Below are positions 1 through 12,187 of a stretch of DNA of 64,000 nt, one piece after another (position 1 is the first letter of the stretch; each line of letters opens with the position of its first letter). Source of the DNA: Trichinella spiralis (lineage: Eukaryota). The stretch covers positions 1,460,624 through 1,524,623 of the forward strand of contig NW_003526941.1 in assembly GCF_000181795.1 (NCBI RefSeq). Direction: 5' to 3'. The notes under the pieces are model-generated. The model searched no databases. It was not told the origin of the DNA and saw only the letters and a program-made list of their open reading frames with translations. The position numbers and the translations under genes are program-made.

Positions 1-2149
1 AGATAGGCACATGGTACTTTAGAGGCCATTGTTCGACACGTACGGGTTTATTTCCGTAGACTTTCCAGAACCTTTTATTTTTTAGAATTTAGCCATATAT
101 AACAAAAAAAGCGAAATTTGTGTCAAAAGCCTACCTTCGAAAATCGCAAAAACAGCAAAGGCTATAGCCTTGCTTTTTTGAAAGTCGAAAATTTTAAGTT
201 GTTGAGATAATGATTTCAATTGATCAGAAAAAATAAAATTAATCACTACAAACCTGGTCGCACGTTGTATAAACGCGTATTTGCCGAGATATTGCAAAAA
301 AAGTTGGATGATACTGCGATTTTAGTGGGAGCAAGGGAAAACGAAATGAAAGCTGCGCTTTTGATAATAAAGATTAGAATTACGTTTCATTATAATTTAT
401 GTATAGTTTTCATCTTATAACCTCCAAGAAATGTTGCTAGTACTAATAGCATTTGTACCCTGAAATTCATTTTTGTAGTACAGAAACCCTTTAAATTCTA
501 AATTTTTCTTTAGGCAATTTAATTGATTAAATGTGATTCAGAAATGATTATAATTCAAGGTGAAACGTTTTATTTATAGTTTTCATGCAATGTTGTATTA
601 TTTGCCTCTATAAATGACACTTTTTCTAGCGCGCAATTTTGTCCAATATCTTATTATATAATGAATTGCATATTATTGATGGTTTCTGCAATTAATAACT
701 GTCCAATGCTGTTTCTATGAATATGGGATGAATTCAATAATATGTTGAACTTTCCCTGACGCACGCCTTTTGTTCTACGGACGTTATCTTTCGTTGCCGT
801 TGATCACGCTATTCAAGCTTCACAGGAACAGATTGTAACTGATAACGCAAGCATTGCACGAAAAGCATTAACGGCACTGAATTCCATACTGTGCTCCTCA
901 GTCAGCTCAACTCCACAATGTTACATCATTTTCTTGCATGCCACGACATTTGAAACGGCAATGATAATTGAAAATATTGAAGTATATCAAATATACGTTC
1001 TGTACCGTCTTACCACTTTTATCCAGCTGCTCAGACTGAATTTGACATCCTTTGTTTGAACCATTACCATTTACTGGATTCCCCATTGTGACATATGCCA
1101 CCAAGTTTTCACGCAATTTCCAGATAACACAGACAACTTTCAGATGAGAAAAAATGTTTATTATCACAAATTACTACAGATGTGAATACGACGAAGCACA
1201 ACACAATCTATTTATTGATCACAGAACTTCTTTCCTTATATGTTGGTATTCAGACTACAGTCACAGTACAAAGTAGTATTGCCTGGCCGCCGGTATCGGT
1301 CGTATTCTGCCGCCGGACTATCTTTTTACGTTCGATATACCGGTAATTGTAATCGATAAATTTATTCTTGCACTATACCATTTTCCCCTAAGGATAAAAT
1401 GCGTCCAGCTTTTACTCATCACGGATGACGAAATCTGACAGCCTTTGTGTTATCCGCTTTTATCTGTGTGAATTCCGTGCGAAATTGTTTGCTGAAAAAT
1501 TAAGCAATGTTGATCTTTTTGAAAATGCACAGTGCCGTGGCCACTTGCTTCATCCAGCTGGTCATCAGCCTCATTATCATCTTTGTCATTGCCATTACAA
1601 TTTGTCCCATCAAACAAAAATAAACTTCTGCTGTACTGCTCTGCTCTGAATGCGGCCTCTTTTCTCTTGTTTTTATTCTTGAAAAACACGCTCGAAGTAA
1701 TTTCAGTTTCTCCACAGCCTCACCAACACAGAGTTTTATTCGGCAACAACAGCACGTTGACGTTAAGCGTTGCGTTGATTAAGCCGTAAATCGGCACCAG
1801 TGTGAGGCATCAATTTGCCAGCACCAATCGTGTTAGGGCAATGTTGAATGACAGCTAAAGCGGATGCCAGCCAGTTTTCACCAAATACACTGTCGATACA
1901 TTTTCCATATTCGCAACAGATTCTTTCACTGCTTGGTCACTGTTGCACTCCACATGCGTAGACGACAACCAAGCAGATGCATGCACATGACTACGACGAC
2001 GGTGGTAAAGCACTATTTTCCCCTGTGATAATCATTCCTAGTCACTTGTACTGCTGTAATCCACAGATTGCTAACAACATCCATGTAGGTGGCAATTATC
2101 ATTGCAACGATAATCATGTCATCGACGATGCTGGTTGTGGCTATGTTCG

Positions 2150-2836
2150 TAGTCAGTCCAATAGGTTTCTTGATGTTGACAGCCATAATATGAGGTATAC
2201 AAAGATGACGAAGTTGTAGTAGCGTCATGTTTCAATTACTGACAGTTTCCCTCACCAGAGTCAGTGAATATAATCTGAAACTGAAATAAAATTGAAAAAG
2301 TAAAAATAAAAAATATGTGCAATAAATTCACCATATCTTATCACAGGCTGTTCAACGTAACATCAACAATCCCGTATGATGGATGACTGCCCCAATAAAT
2401 ATTGCCATCTATTCTGGAAATGGTTCAAGTCGATCAACAGCTCATGGCACGTGTAACAGACCACGCAATAGGGATGCCAATGATTTGTGGTATTTAGACA
2501 ATGAACATAGACCATCAACTCGCCCACCTGAAATCGCTTGCATCACTGGCCACAAGCCATGCATGAAAAGGCAGACGATGATGCAGCTGAGGTATACCAG
2601 CCCCAACTGCCTCTCGCTTACGTCGTTGACTAAAAATGCACCTCTTCTCCATCTAAACTGACAATGTACGACAACAACGTGTGTCGTTGTCCTATGGTGC
2701 CAGGTGTAACAATGGATTATGTACACGCCACCTCTCGCCAGAATTTCGTTTCAAACTAACCCATCCACAAAGAAAAAGGAACATGTGAACACCCCCTGAC
2801 CCCAGTGAGTGGACAAATCGCAAAATGCTCCGTCAC
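2150..2836 (-). pseudogene. Decayed Prickle/Testin-family (PET + LIM domain) pseudogene; may extend 3' to about 1250
   Basis: Minus-strand translation across shifting frames gives NSGERWRVHNPLLHLAP*DNDTRCCRTLSV*MEKRCIFSQRRKREAVGAG (PET-like), CMACGQ*CKRFQVGELMVYVHCLNTTNHWHPYCVVCYTCHELLIDLNHF / DGNIYWGSH / HHTGLLMLR*TACDK (LIM1 to LIM2), then after a TTTCAG acceptor IIFTDSGEGNCQ*LKH. These follow the Prickle order [42 protein letters not shown] but carry several stops and frameshifts. Confidence 0.8.
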
Positions 2837-3343
2837 CTGAAAGCGAATTTAAACACTATTAACTGGAAATAAATTACCAACAGAATAGTCAAATTTTTTT
2901 AATTCGAAAATTTGCCAAGCCTAAAACAAACGTTAACATTAAACAAACTTGTAAAAACAATTCTTGTGGTTAATTTTGCACTTTGCAATGTATTCTGCTA
3001 ATTCTGAAATATAACAGTCTAATAAGCGGCATAAAAGAAAATCGATCATAAAATGCATGAAAAGCATGAATAATTTTTTCTAAATTGAGCAATAACGTTT
3101 TGAATAAAGGCTTTTGAAAAACAATAATACCTCTTGATTGATAGTATCAGTATCAGTTTGGAGTGTATTGAATGACAGAAAGCTTCGTCTTTTCAACAGT
3201 AAGCTGAGTGAAATGCATGCAAAAAGCATTGTCATTGTAACCAATACTGGAAATGTTATATGCATGATCAGCGTGCAGGTTATTAAATGTCAAATTTATA
3301 AAAGCAAATGTTCACAATCAATTGGAAGTAGTTGAAGTGGAGA

Positions 3344-5183
3344 ATGATTTTCGTTTGGAAAGTTTTTCTCGTTCTCAGTTTCACTGTTTGGCAATTCTTT
3401 GCTTCAGCTGACTATGAACCGAATTGGGATTCGCTCGATTCACGTCCTATACCATGTTGGTTCGACGAGGCAAAGTTTGGCATATTTATGCATTTTGGAC
3501 TTTATTCCGTTCCTTCTTATGGCTATTCGTCCGAGTGGTTCTGGTGGTGGTGGAAGGGAGAAAATCGAATTGATCAACGTAAATTCATGGCTGAAAATTT
3601 CAAGCCCGGTTTCAGCTATCCCGATTTCATACCTGGCCTGACTTGCGAACTGTTCGACGCAGAGCACTTTGCTGATGTTGTGAAAAAATCCGGAGCCAAG
3701 TAGATTTAGAGATGTGTATTTTGTTCAAATTGTCAAAATCAGAAATAATATTGCCCATCAATAATTGCAGATATTTTGTATTCACCAGCAAGCATCATGA
3801 TGGTTTTGCCATGTGGCCTACAAATTATTCATGGAATTACAACAGCTATGATGTTGGTCCAAAAAAAGATATTGTGGGTATGTGTTTTGCATCAATATGT
3901 TTAAAAGGAAATTGGAATGCCGAAAGTTTTTTAATGAAGGTGAACTGGCAAAATATGTGCGAAAAGCTGGCGTGCGCTTTGGGCTTTATTATTCACTGTA
4001 TCAATGGTTCCACCCTCTCTACATGTGGGACGCTTCTGAGAACTTCAAAAATCAAAGATATGTTGAGGTTATAATAAATTGAATAATCCAAAACTGAACG
4101 AGAGATGTGATAAATTGAACAGAAAATTGCAATACCGCTTAAAAACATTTTCATTTAGGCAGTTGTGAGACCGCAGCTACGAGAATTAATCGAAACGTAT
4201 AAACCTGATTTGCTGTGGAGCGATGGAGACTGGGATGCCCCGGTTGAATATTGGAATTCCACTAATTTTCTTGCTTGGCTTTACAACGAAAGGTGATGAT
4301 CTGTTGTTCCATTCCTCAGTTTGCTCACGTAACAAACAACAGACGGTATTAAATTGCATTTCAGTCCAATAAAAGATGTCGTAGTCACAAATGATCGTTG
4401 GGGCAAAGGAGCAATGTGCCATCATGGTGGCTTTTTAACGTGCACGGACAGATACAATCCGGGAACGTTGCAAAAGCGAAAATGGGAAAACTGCTTTTCC
4501 ATTGATAAAATATCTTGGGGATACCGTCGAGAAGCAACTTTATATGATTATCATACTGCTGAAAGGTTGATTGAAACAATGATTGAAACGGTCAGGTTGG
4601 TTTGAAGAGCTTTTGTTAAAGTGGAATTTTAAGTTTCATATTAATTATTCATTCAGTTGTGGTGGAAATTATCTGCTCAACATAGCCCCTACCGCGGATG
4701 GACGAATAATGCCCATTTTCGAAGAACGCTTAACTCAAATTGGGGAGTGGCTTAAAATTAATGGTGAGGCAATTTTTCAAACAATTCCTTGGAAATATCA
4801 AAATGACACCACGACAGCAAACGTGTGGTAAAACAAAGCGAAGCGAAGCAGCAACTGCATACTAAATTATTCACATTGCTATTGTTATTTTCAGGTATAC
4901 GTTCAAGATGGCCAATTATTCACATTATAAAACTAACCAGAATAGAAATAATTTTTCTGCAGTTTACGCGTTTTTCTTCAACATACCGGAAGATGGTATT
5001 TTAATATTAGGTTGTCCTAAAGGCGGACCAAGAACACAAATACAGCTGCTGGGATTTCCGGGCAATTTGAACTACAATCTTTTGAAACCGAAAGGCTTAA
5101 AAATTGATCTGAAAAGTGTCAAATATGTTTCAAATGTGAACTGCTGCTGGGTTTTGAAAATTGTAGGACTACTTCCAGAATAA
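3344..5183 (+). CDS. FUCA: Alpha-L-fucosidase (GH29), secreted/lysosomal, multi-exon
   Basis: Signal peptide, then [58 protein letters not shown] (nucleophile region), [24 protein letters not shown] and [14 protein letters not shown] introns join in frame; stop at 5181-5183. Confidence 0.96.
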
Positions 5184-5918
5184 ACAAAAAATGCATTTTA
5201 AAAAGATCATTAACATTGCGTTGGTTTTGGCAAATTTCAACGCGACAATATGAATTACATTACAAGTAAATATATTGAAATTCATACTGCGATTGGTGTT
5301 TCCATATCAATAATGTGTACATTTCAAGTAATGGTTTAATTCAGAAGCTATGCTTTTAACTTCATTTCAATTATCACATTATTATTACAATTTGACCATT
5401 TGAGGTAAAATTAGGTTGAAAATAAAAATTAAAAAAAAACAAATTTACTTAACTGGAATTTTGTAGAAGACCTTCTTCGCTTGTGTGAATTTTCTCTTCA
5501 GTAAGAAGTGAAATTCGATTTCAAATTCAACCTATTTGACATTGATTGACCTAAAATTTACAACTCACTAAAATTGAACAAAGCTGCTAAACAAAGCAAT
5601 TAATTACATCAGTGCTAGAAAAGTGAACTGAAGCTTAAATCGACCAAACTTTGACAACTATAATGTTTGTCAAAACTTTTAAAAAAAGTAAAATGCGTAC
5701 CTGTCAAATTTAAGCACACTGTAAAATAGTCAGCTTTTTGAGTTTCGAAATGGAAAATGAAAAGAGAAACTTTTTCAATATGAATATCAATAACATTGAA
5801 AGAATTAAAAATAAATAAATTTATTAAAATTTTCAAATATCCAGACCAATATTTTCACAGGAAGCATCCGGTGGTCATTATTTGCAAAATGTTGTTGTTG
5901 CTCTTCTTCCAGCAGCTT

Positions 5919-8900
5919 TTATTGCAAATCTTCCTTGATTTCCGGATCATTCAATATACTGTCGTAGATATCCGGCAAATCTTCTGGATGTACTTCTGCA
6001 ACTGGCCCGTCCACAAATTCTCCTAAATCATTAGCACGTCAATTTCAACTTTACTACTATTCGGTTCGGTGAATTACCACCAATCTCGTCCAAAACGGTC
6101 AACAACAGGTCATTCTCATATGTCGGTAGCAAATACCTGTATATAAATAGAAAAAAAATTCTCACGTTTGAGTAGTAACAATAAAATTTGAAACACATAT
6201 TCTCTCCTATATACTCGTCTTTATTCCACTTTTCACGACCCGGTAGACGCTTCATTTGCTCTTCACTTTTCTCGGAAAGATGTTTTTTCAGCGCATCCGA
6301 GGAACGCAAATCATCTTTGCCGCAGATAAAGCAAACAAAATCATGACACTACAAATTAAAATAATTATTTAAAAATTACTAATAATTCGTAGAGAAATGA
6401 AAAAAAATGCAAAACCTTTTTTCTGACGAAATTAACAAATTTGATTCGCTCGTAAAAATCCATCCGCTCATTTTCCAAAAATTCACTGAAATGGAAATGG
6501 TGCTGCTCCTATAAACAAGGCAAAAATGATCGTCGAAAGCACCAAGCGTTACAGCAACTAGCATCAAGGGCTGGTGCAAAATACCAACATGTGCTGCAAC
6601 AACAGCGGAACCGCTTGAAATGCATTGTCGCACAGCAAACAAACAAACGCCAGCTCTTCTTCGATGTCTTCTTCATCCCATTCGTTCCACGATTCCCTAA
6701 CAATTTCGATTTCTCCTTTATGCTAATTACAACAATAAAAATTAAAATCTCGCTCAATTATACTCTTCTGCTTCTTCGTCGCTGTCTGCAAATGTGGCCA
6801 GAGTATCTTCGAAATCTTCTGCGAGTACTTCAAGCCATTTTTTGCCAAGTTCCTAAATGTCGTCGCTTTCTCTTTTAACTTATAAATCGCTGTTAACAAA
6901 CATGAATAAAATAAAAGTTTTTTTTCTATTGTTTCTCCAATAACTTTTCATTTAATTAATAAATTAACGTGTTCGATTAATTAATTATTGATGACAATAT
7001 TCAATCATCACACAAACAAACAAACAAACACATCAAAGTAATATTTTTGCTCCCTATTCATTATCAGTACGGTGAAAAACAACCTTACCAAATAGTTGAT
7101 CACGTAAAATTTATCATACAATACGTTTTTCGGATTAACCTCACGGTGCTGCATTATGCGCATATGCTCCATCAGTGCACGATTGTCGGCAAAATATTCT
7201 TCGCAGTACAGACACTGATTTCTAAAATTGTCCATTTGATTAAACGCTTTTGCTCAAATCAATCACCGAAAAAATCAAATGCACACCAACCTTCGTATCA
7301 TGTCTGACAGGATGTCGATGTACTCGGTGACGAAAACTGAAATTGAAATGAAAACTTTTCATGATCATTTCAATTTGGAAAAAAAAATCCACATCCTTAC
7401 CCATATTGTCCGGTGAGCCCAAATTCAGACGGTGTATCAAATACAAATGATGTATCAGTTGGGATCTAGGAAGAGAAAATTTATTTGTACTCTTCCATTA
7501 TACATACATAATAGGTTTATGGTTAAACAAAAATTTACTTCTACAAATTTAAAATAAGAAACAATGAAAGGATTAAATTTCAATAACAACATTTACAAAG
7601 AAAGTGTTCAGACCTGTTGCCATGCACCGTGTAACGACAGAACAAACACTGACGACAAAATGTACTGTCAATTCTTTCCCTCTGTTGGCATTGCAGCACC
7701 TCTTCCAAACGGCGCAAAGCGAGCTTTTCTCTCAGTTGACGATCTTCGCCCACTGACGGTGACATCAAATAATAATTATCCACTTCACCTTTAGGTTAGA
7801 TCATACATATCATGAAATCAACTAGAAGAATTATGAAAAAAAAACATTAAAACAATCACCATCTAAACCGTCCGACGACTGATCAGCCACTACAAGCGGA
7901 AAGATGGACGAAATATCTTTCTCGCCGAAACGTTGCCGCCAATATTCAACATATCTAGAAGTTGGAAATTATTCAATTTTGCACCAAGAAAATCCCATTC
8001 AGAACCAACCTTTTCAGATCGACGATTAAATCCATTTCAGTGATGACAATTTTGTGCATCTTCAACAGATGTTTCGCATACAGAGAAGTATCTTTTGGCA
8101 AGTCAAAAAACTCCAAACACATCAAACACATTGTAGGTCCACCCCATATAGGAGAATAGCTGAAAATTGCCATCTAATCGAGTATGAACAGAAATTCCAT
8201 AAATTCCTCCTATCCTACCCGACAGGTGGAATGGTGCCTGAAAGTGTGCGAATGCGACGTTGTGGAACCGGCAAACTGATTCGATGCTTCGCTCTTTCCG
8301 CCAGTTCATCTTCGCTTTCACTGAATGGTTCCTCTAGAACAACTGCAAACAAAGACCAAAATCATTTCAATCAGTATACATCACAACAAGACATATATGC
8401 ACATATCACATTTACAATTTTGAATTGGATATGTTGATGTATAGTTCACGTCGTCCACGTTCGCTTCAGAGATGGTGCATCGTTGATCATCAGTTCGACT
8501 GCGGCAATGCTCTGCAAATATTAACATAAAAATGCCATCCAATGACTAATGCACAAAATCAACAACCATGTTGTCAATGCGCGCTATTCAACATTTACAT
8601 TAAACGTTTGAATTGTTTTGTAACCTGTTCTTGAGGCCTTCAGAAGAAACGTTATTTTGCAGCAAACACCGAACACAAAACAAAAATGCCCTGATGTTCC
8701 TATATTTTCTACATTTCGTTTACACAATGATGCTACCTTATTTAGCGCCTTCTTGATGCCATATTCAGTGCAAAATAAACCCAATGAAGCAAAAGCAATA
8801 TCACGAAACAAAATTAGCTTAGCTACATTATCAAATGAGGATAAAAATTAACCATATCAACTCTAACAATACTCTACTTTTCCACGCTTATCACTGTTGC

Positions 8901-9455
8901 CATTATAATTATTAAAAACAAATTGAACCAAAAACAGGTAAGAGAGGTAAACGATACAGTAAGACAGCGCAAAAGCATTCATATTCTCTTTATTAAAATT
9001 CCTAATTATCAAATATACATATATAAATAGATACAGTAATCATTAAACTTTTAAATCAATTAATTTGCTAAACTAATTTAAATTCATTACAGCCCCTGCA
9101 ACAATATTATTTATTAATAAAATAAAGAAATTTTCCAACTAAACTGTTCGTTCTCAAATAAGACTTCACAATCAACATATTTTTAAAATTTTATATACAA
9201 AATAAACACTACTATAAAAGTAATGACTGTTAAAAATAACTACTAAAAAACATTATGAAAACTGTTTACGAAATTCATGTAAAACTTGAATAAATCAATA
9301 AAATTACTTCTCCTGTGATAAAAATCCCTTCGATAGCCTCTGTAGTTGGAGCAGTGCTTTCTATCGCCTTCTGAAACGTATTTCCTGCGCGTCGTCGAGA
9401 CGGCAGCAGTGGTATTTTGATCAGAACTATCTTCTCTCTGCTCTTCGGAACTCAT
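5919..9455 (-). CDS. ZNF277: Zinc finger protein 277 (ZTF-7-like C2H2 protein); 5' exons upstream of about 8340 are tentative
   Basis: Exons encode CLMCLEFF..HLLKMHKIVI, YVEYWRQRF, EDRQLREKL..RLEEVLQCQQRERIDSTFCRQCLFC, HLYLIHRLNLGSPDNMVFV, QCLYCEEYF..LMEHMRIMQH..YDKFYVINYL|ELGKKW and YLLPTYENDLLL; stop after ...PEIKEDLQ at 5919-5921. Putative first exon MSSEEQRED starts at 9455. Confidence 0.88.
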
Positions 9456-10208
9456 CGCGAACTAACAGCGTTTGAACAAATCTAAATAACAAAGTAAAAC
9501 AGCAAACACAAATCAAATCTGCGCAAGCTAGAAATTGCAAAATTATTGACGAATATACAACATCGACAACAAAATCTACAGATTGCATAGAAGTGATCAA
9601 GTTCGAATCACTGAAACGCAGTAACTGTCTTTTTTGTTTCAAATTAAAAATCAACACAAGCATCACTTACTAATACCAAGCATATATCAAATGACAGTGA
9701 CAATAACATTACCTAAAATGGACATTACTGTATTGCTTTGTTCAACTAATATCTGTTCAATATTACTGTAAAAATAGTTTTTGATGTATACTACATTCTA
9801 TGCAAATTTGAGAAAATACTCTTTTCACTGATATGAAGATGGCTCGAAGATCAAAGTCTATGTTGGCCCTCTACTTGTAATGACTAAAAATGTATATATA
9901 TAAATATATAAATATATATATCTATATATATATATATATTACAGTTTATGATACAGAAAATATTGAAATTGAAATTGAATAAATGAGCATGCTTCTTCTT
10001 AATTCAATTGTCGAAAGTGACAGTTATAATGAATAACATATAGAAATTACCAAAAATTTTCTGTCAATAAATATTTATAAATTATTGAAAGTTTTAGAAA
10101 AAAAATTACATTATATAATTAATTGTGTAAATTGCTTTCATAATATCATTTATTATAATTATTATTATTAATAAAAGTGAATAAATAAATATGCACAGGC
10201 AACTACTA

Positions 10209-10760
10209 CTACTTGATAGGTTTCATTTGCCACAAGCCATCATTTAAATAATGTATGCTGTCAATTCCGACACCTTTGTTCACCTTCAATATTTCTTCTG
10301 AACTCATCTTCATCTCACCAATAGCCATAGCATGCTGTTTACCTTCGGCCATAATAGCAACAACAGAATTTTTTTCAATCTCCGGCGTCAACTTTGCTCC
10401 TCTGGACGTCAACCCCGGGCACATCACATTGGCACCACTCAATACAAATCGAATGGCACCTTTGTCGACTTGTTGCCAGGGTAAAAGAAACGGATACTGA
10501 TGAAGCAAGCGTAAAGTTGGGATGAAAGAACCGTCGCGACTTTTGAAAAACAACAAATCACCATTAGGACCGATAAGAATTTCCACACGATCGTGACATT
10601 TCAACAAACGAAACGGTTCTTTCTTTGGTAAAATCTGATCCATGTACGGTTCAATGGATGGATACAGTTCGAGCAGTTTCTTACGTATCTCTTTTTGAAC
10701 AGAACTTTTCAGCTGCTGCATACCACTCACCGATTCTTTTTCATTGAATTTTTTAAACAT
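10209..10760 (-). CDS. MCTS1: MCTS1/MCT-1 (Tma20), PUA-domain translation re-initiation/recycling factor; intronless CDS
   Basis: [26 protein letters not shown]...[11 protein letters not shown]...[22 protein letters not shown]...[16 protein letters not shown] is the characteristic MCT-1 sequence. Confidence 0.97.
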   Translation of the reverse strand: MFKKFNEKESVSGMQQLKSSVQKEIRKKLLELYPSIEPYMDQILPKKEPFRLLKCHDRVEILIGPNGDLLFFKSRDGSFIPTLRLLHQYPFLLPWQQVDKGAIRFVLSGANVMCPGLTSRGAKLTPEIEKNSVVAIMAEGKQHAMAIGEMKMSSEEILKVNKGVGIDSIHYLNDGLWQMKPIK

Positions 10761-11344
10761 CCCTACCAAATATCCTGAAGAAAAATAATGAAAATTTTTG
10801 ATTATTGCAAAATTTCCAAAAACAAATTATAATTAAACACTTTTTCAAGTAAAACATTTTCAATTTTATACAAAGACAACGTCGCAAATCCGTCTGTGCT
10901 CAACAGAACAGCAACAGCATTTTGAGAATCATTAATGCAATTATTGTTTTTTTTAATTAAAAGAAATTCAAATTTTCAAAAGATTTTCATCGCATGGAAA
11001 AATTTAGAAAAAGTACACAAATAAACTGTTACGTAAATTTTCTGCAAAATGCCATGCCAAATTAATAATTTTTTGCAAACCCATTACAATAAAATTTGAT
11101 TTTCAAGTTTAACATACAAATTTTCACAACTTGCGAAATCACTCACCACTGATTAGTGATCGATCATTGACAATATATACTATCCACTAGACTATTTTTC
11201 ATTATCAGTAATAAATTTTCGTTAATATTTTCATTTCAGTTTAAAAAATACAATTTAGAATACTGTAACTTGTACCTTATTGTTTTTACTTTTCGCACGG
11301 TACAGTTTTTGCGAAGCGGTCGAATAGATTGGTAAGGTTTTGAA

Positions 11345-12145
11345 ATGAAACGAAAACGTTGCCGAAAATGGTTCAACAATTCAGGAAAAGCGAAACGTGC
11401 AAAGAATGGAAAACAAGTGCTGCGTTCAGGTATGAAAGGAGTGTTGTTGACGTGCGACAATGGTCTCGAGAATCGTTGTTTGGCGGAGGCGTTGCAACTT
11501 TTCAAAGAATACACTGCAGTTGATTGTGACAGTTCTGCCACGGTGTCGAATTACGTGAACCTCGAGTCGGCTGTCCTGTACGACGCTATTGATCAATGTG
11601 TGAACAGTTTGACGGTTGAAAAAGATGCACTTTACGCTGTGGAAACTGGCGTGAAAAATTGTCCATTTGTTTCGTGTCCAGTAGAGGCAGATCCCGTGAA
11701 GTTGGTGAATAAAATCATGGAAGATGTGAGCAACGGCGTCCGCGCATCGAACAGACTCATCCAACGTCTACTGCCAGTGGAAATTACTTGCCATGCAGAC
11801 GTTGACAGTATATCCAATTTTGCAGGGAAGTTGATCAGGTTGCATTTTTCCACCGACGCTGCTATAACAGCCGAAGAGTCTTCTTATGCAATTGTCTACA
11901 GAGCGCGGAACAATAATTGCCTGTCAAAAGAGGCCATTTATGACCGCATCAATGAACAAATACGCCTGAATAACAATAAATTTAAAGTTGTACTGGAAAA
12001 TCCGAAACACTGCATACTGGTGAACACTCTGAAGGACGTTTGTTGCCTCAGTGTTGTACAGAATTATTACGATTACAAAAAGTTCAACTGGAATCAAATT
12101 CAGTTATCAAATAAGTTGAAGGAAGAAGAAAAAAAAACGGATTGA
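11345..12145 (+). CDS. THUMPD1: THUMP domain-containing protein 1 (Tan1-like, tRNA ac4C adaptor); intronless CDS
   Basis: 266-aa ORF with GMKGVLLTC..ENRCLAEALQLFKEY, VETGVKNCPF, RLIQRLLPVEITC, SYAIVYRARNNNCL, KVVLENPKHCILVNTLKDVCCLSVVQNYYDYKKFN. Confidence 0.9.
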   Translation: MKRKRCRKWFNNSGKAKRAKNGKQVLRSGMKGVLLTCDNGLENRCLAEALQLFKEYTAVDCDSSATVSNYVNLESAVLYDAIDQCVNSLTVEKDALYAVETGVKNCPFVSCPVEADPVKLVNKIMEDVSNGVRASNRLIQRLLPVEITCHADVDSISNFAGKLIRLHFSTDAAITAEESSYAIVYRARNNNCLSKEAIYDRINEQIRLNNNKFKVVLENPKHCILVNTLKDVCCLSVVQNYYDYKKFNWNQIQLSNKLKEEEKKTD

Positions 12146-12187
12146 ATTTGGAAAACATTTTCATCAAGCTTTTGTAATTTCTTCATT

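Noticed and set aside
150..180. Short inverted repeat AGCAAAGGCTA/TAGCCTTGCT as a transposon end
   Set aside because: Isolated small palindrome with no partner terminus, target-site duplication or transposase.
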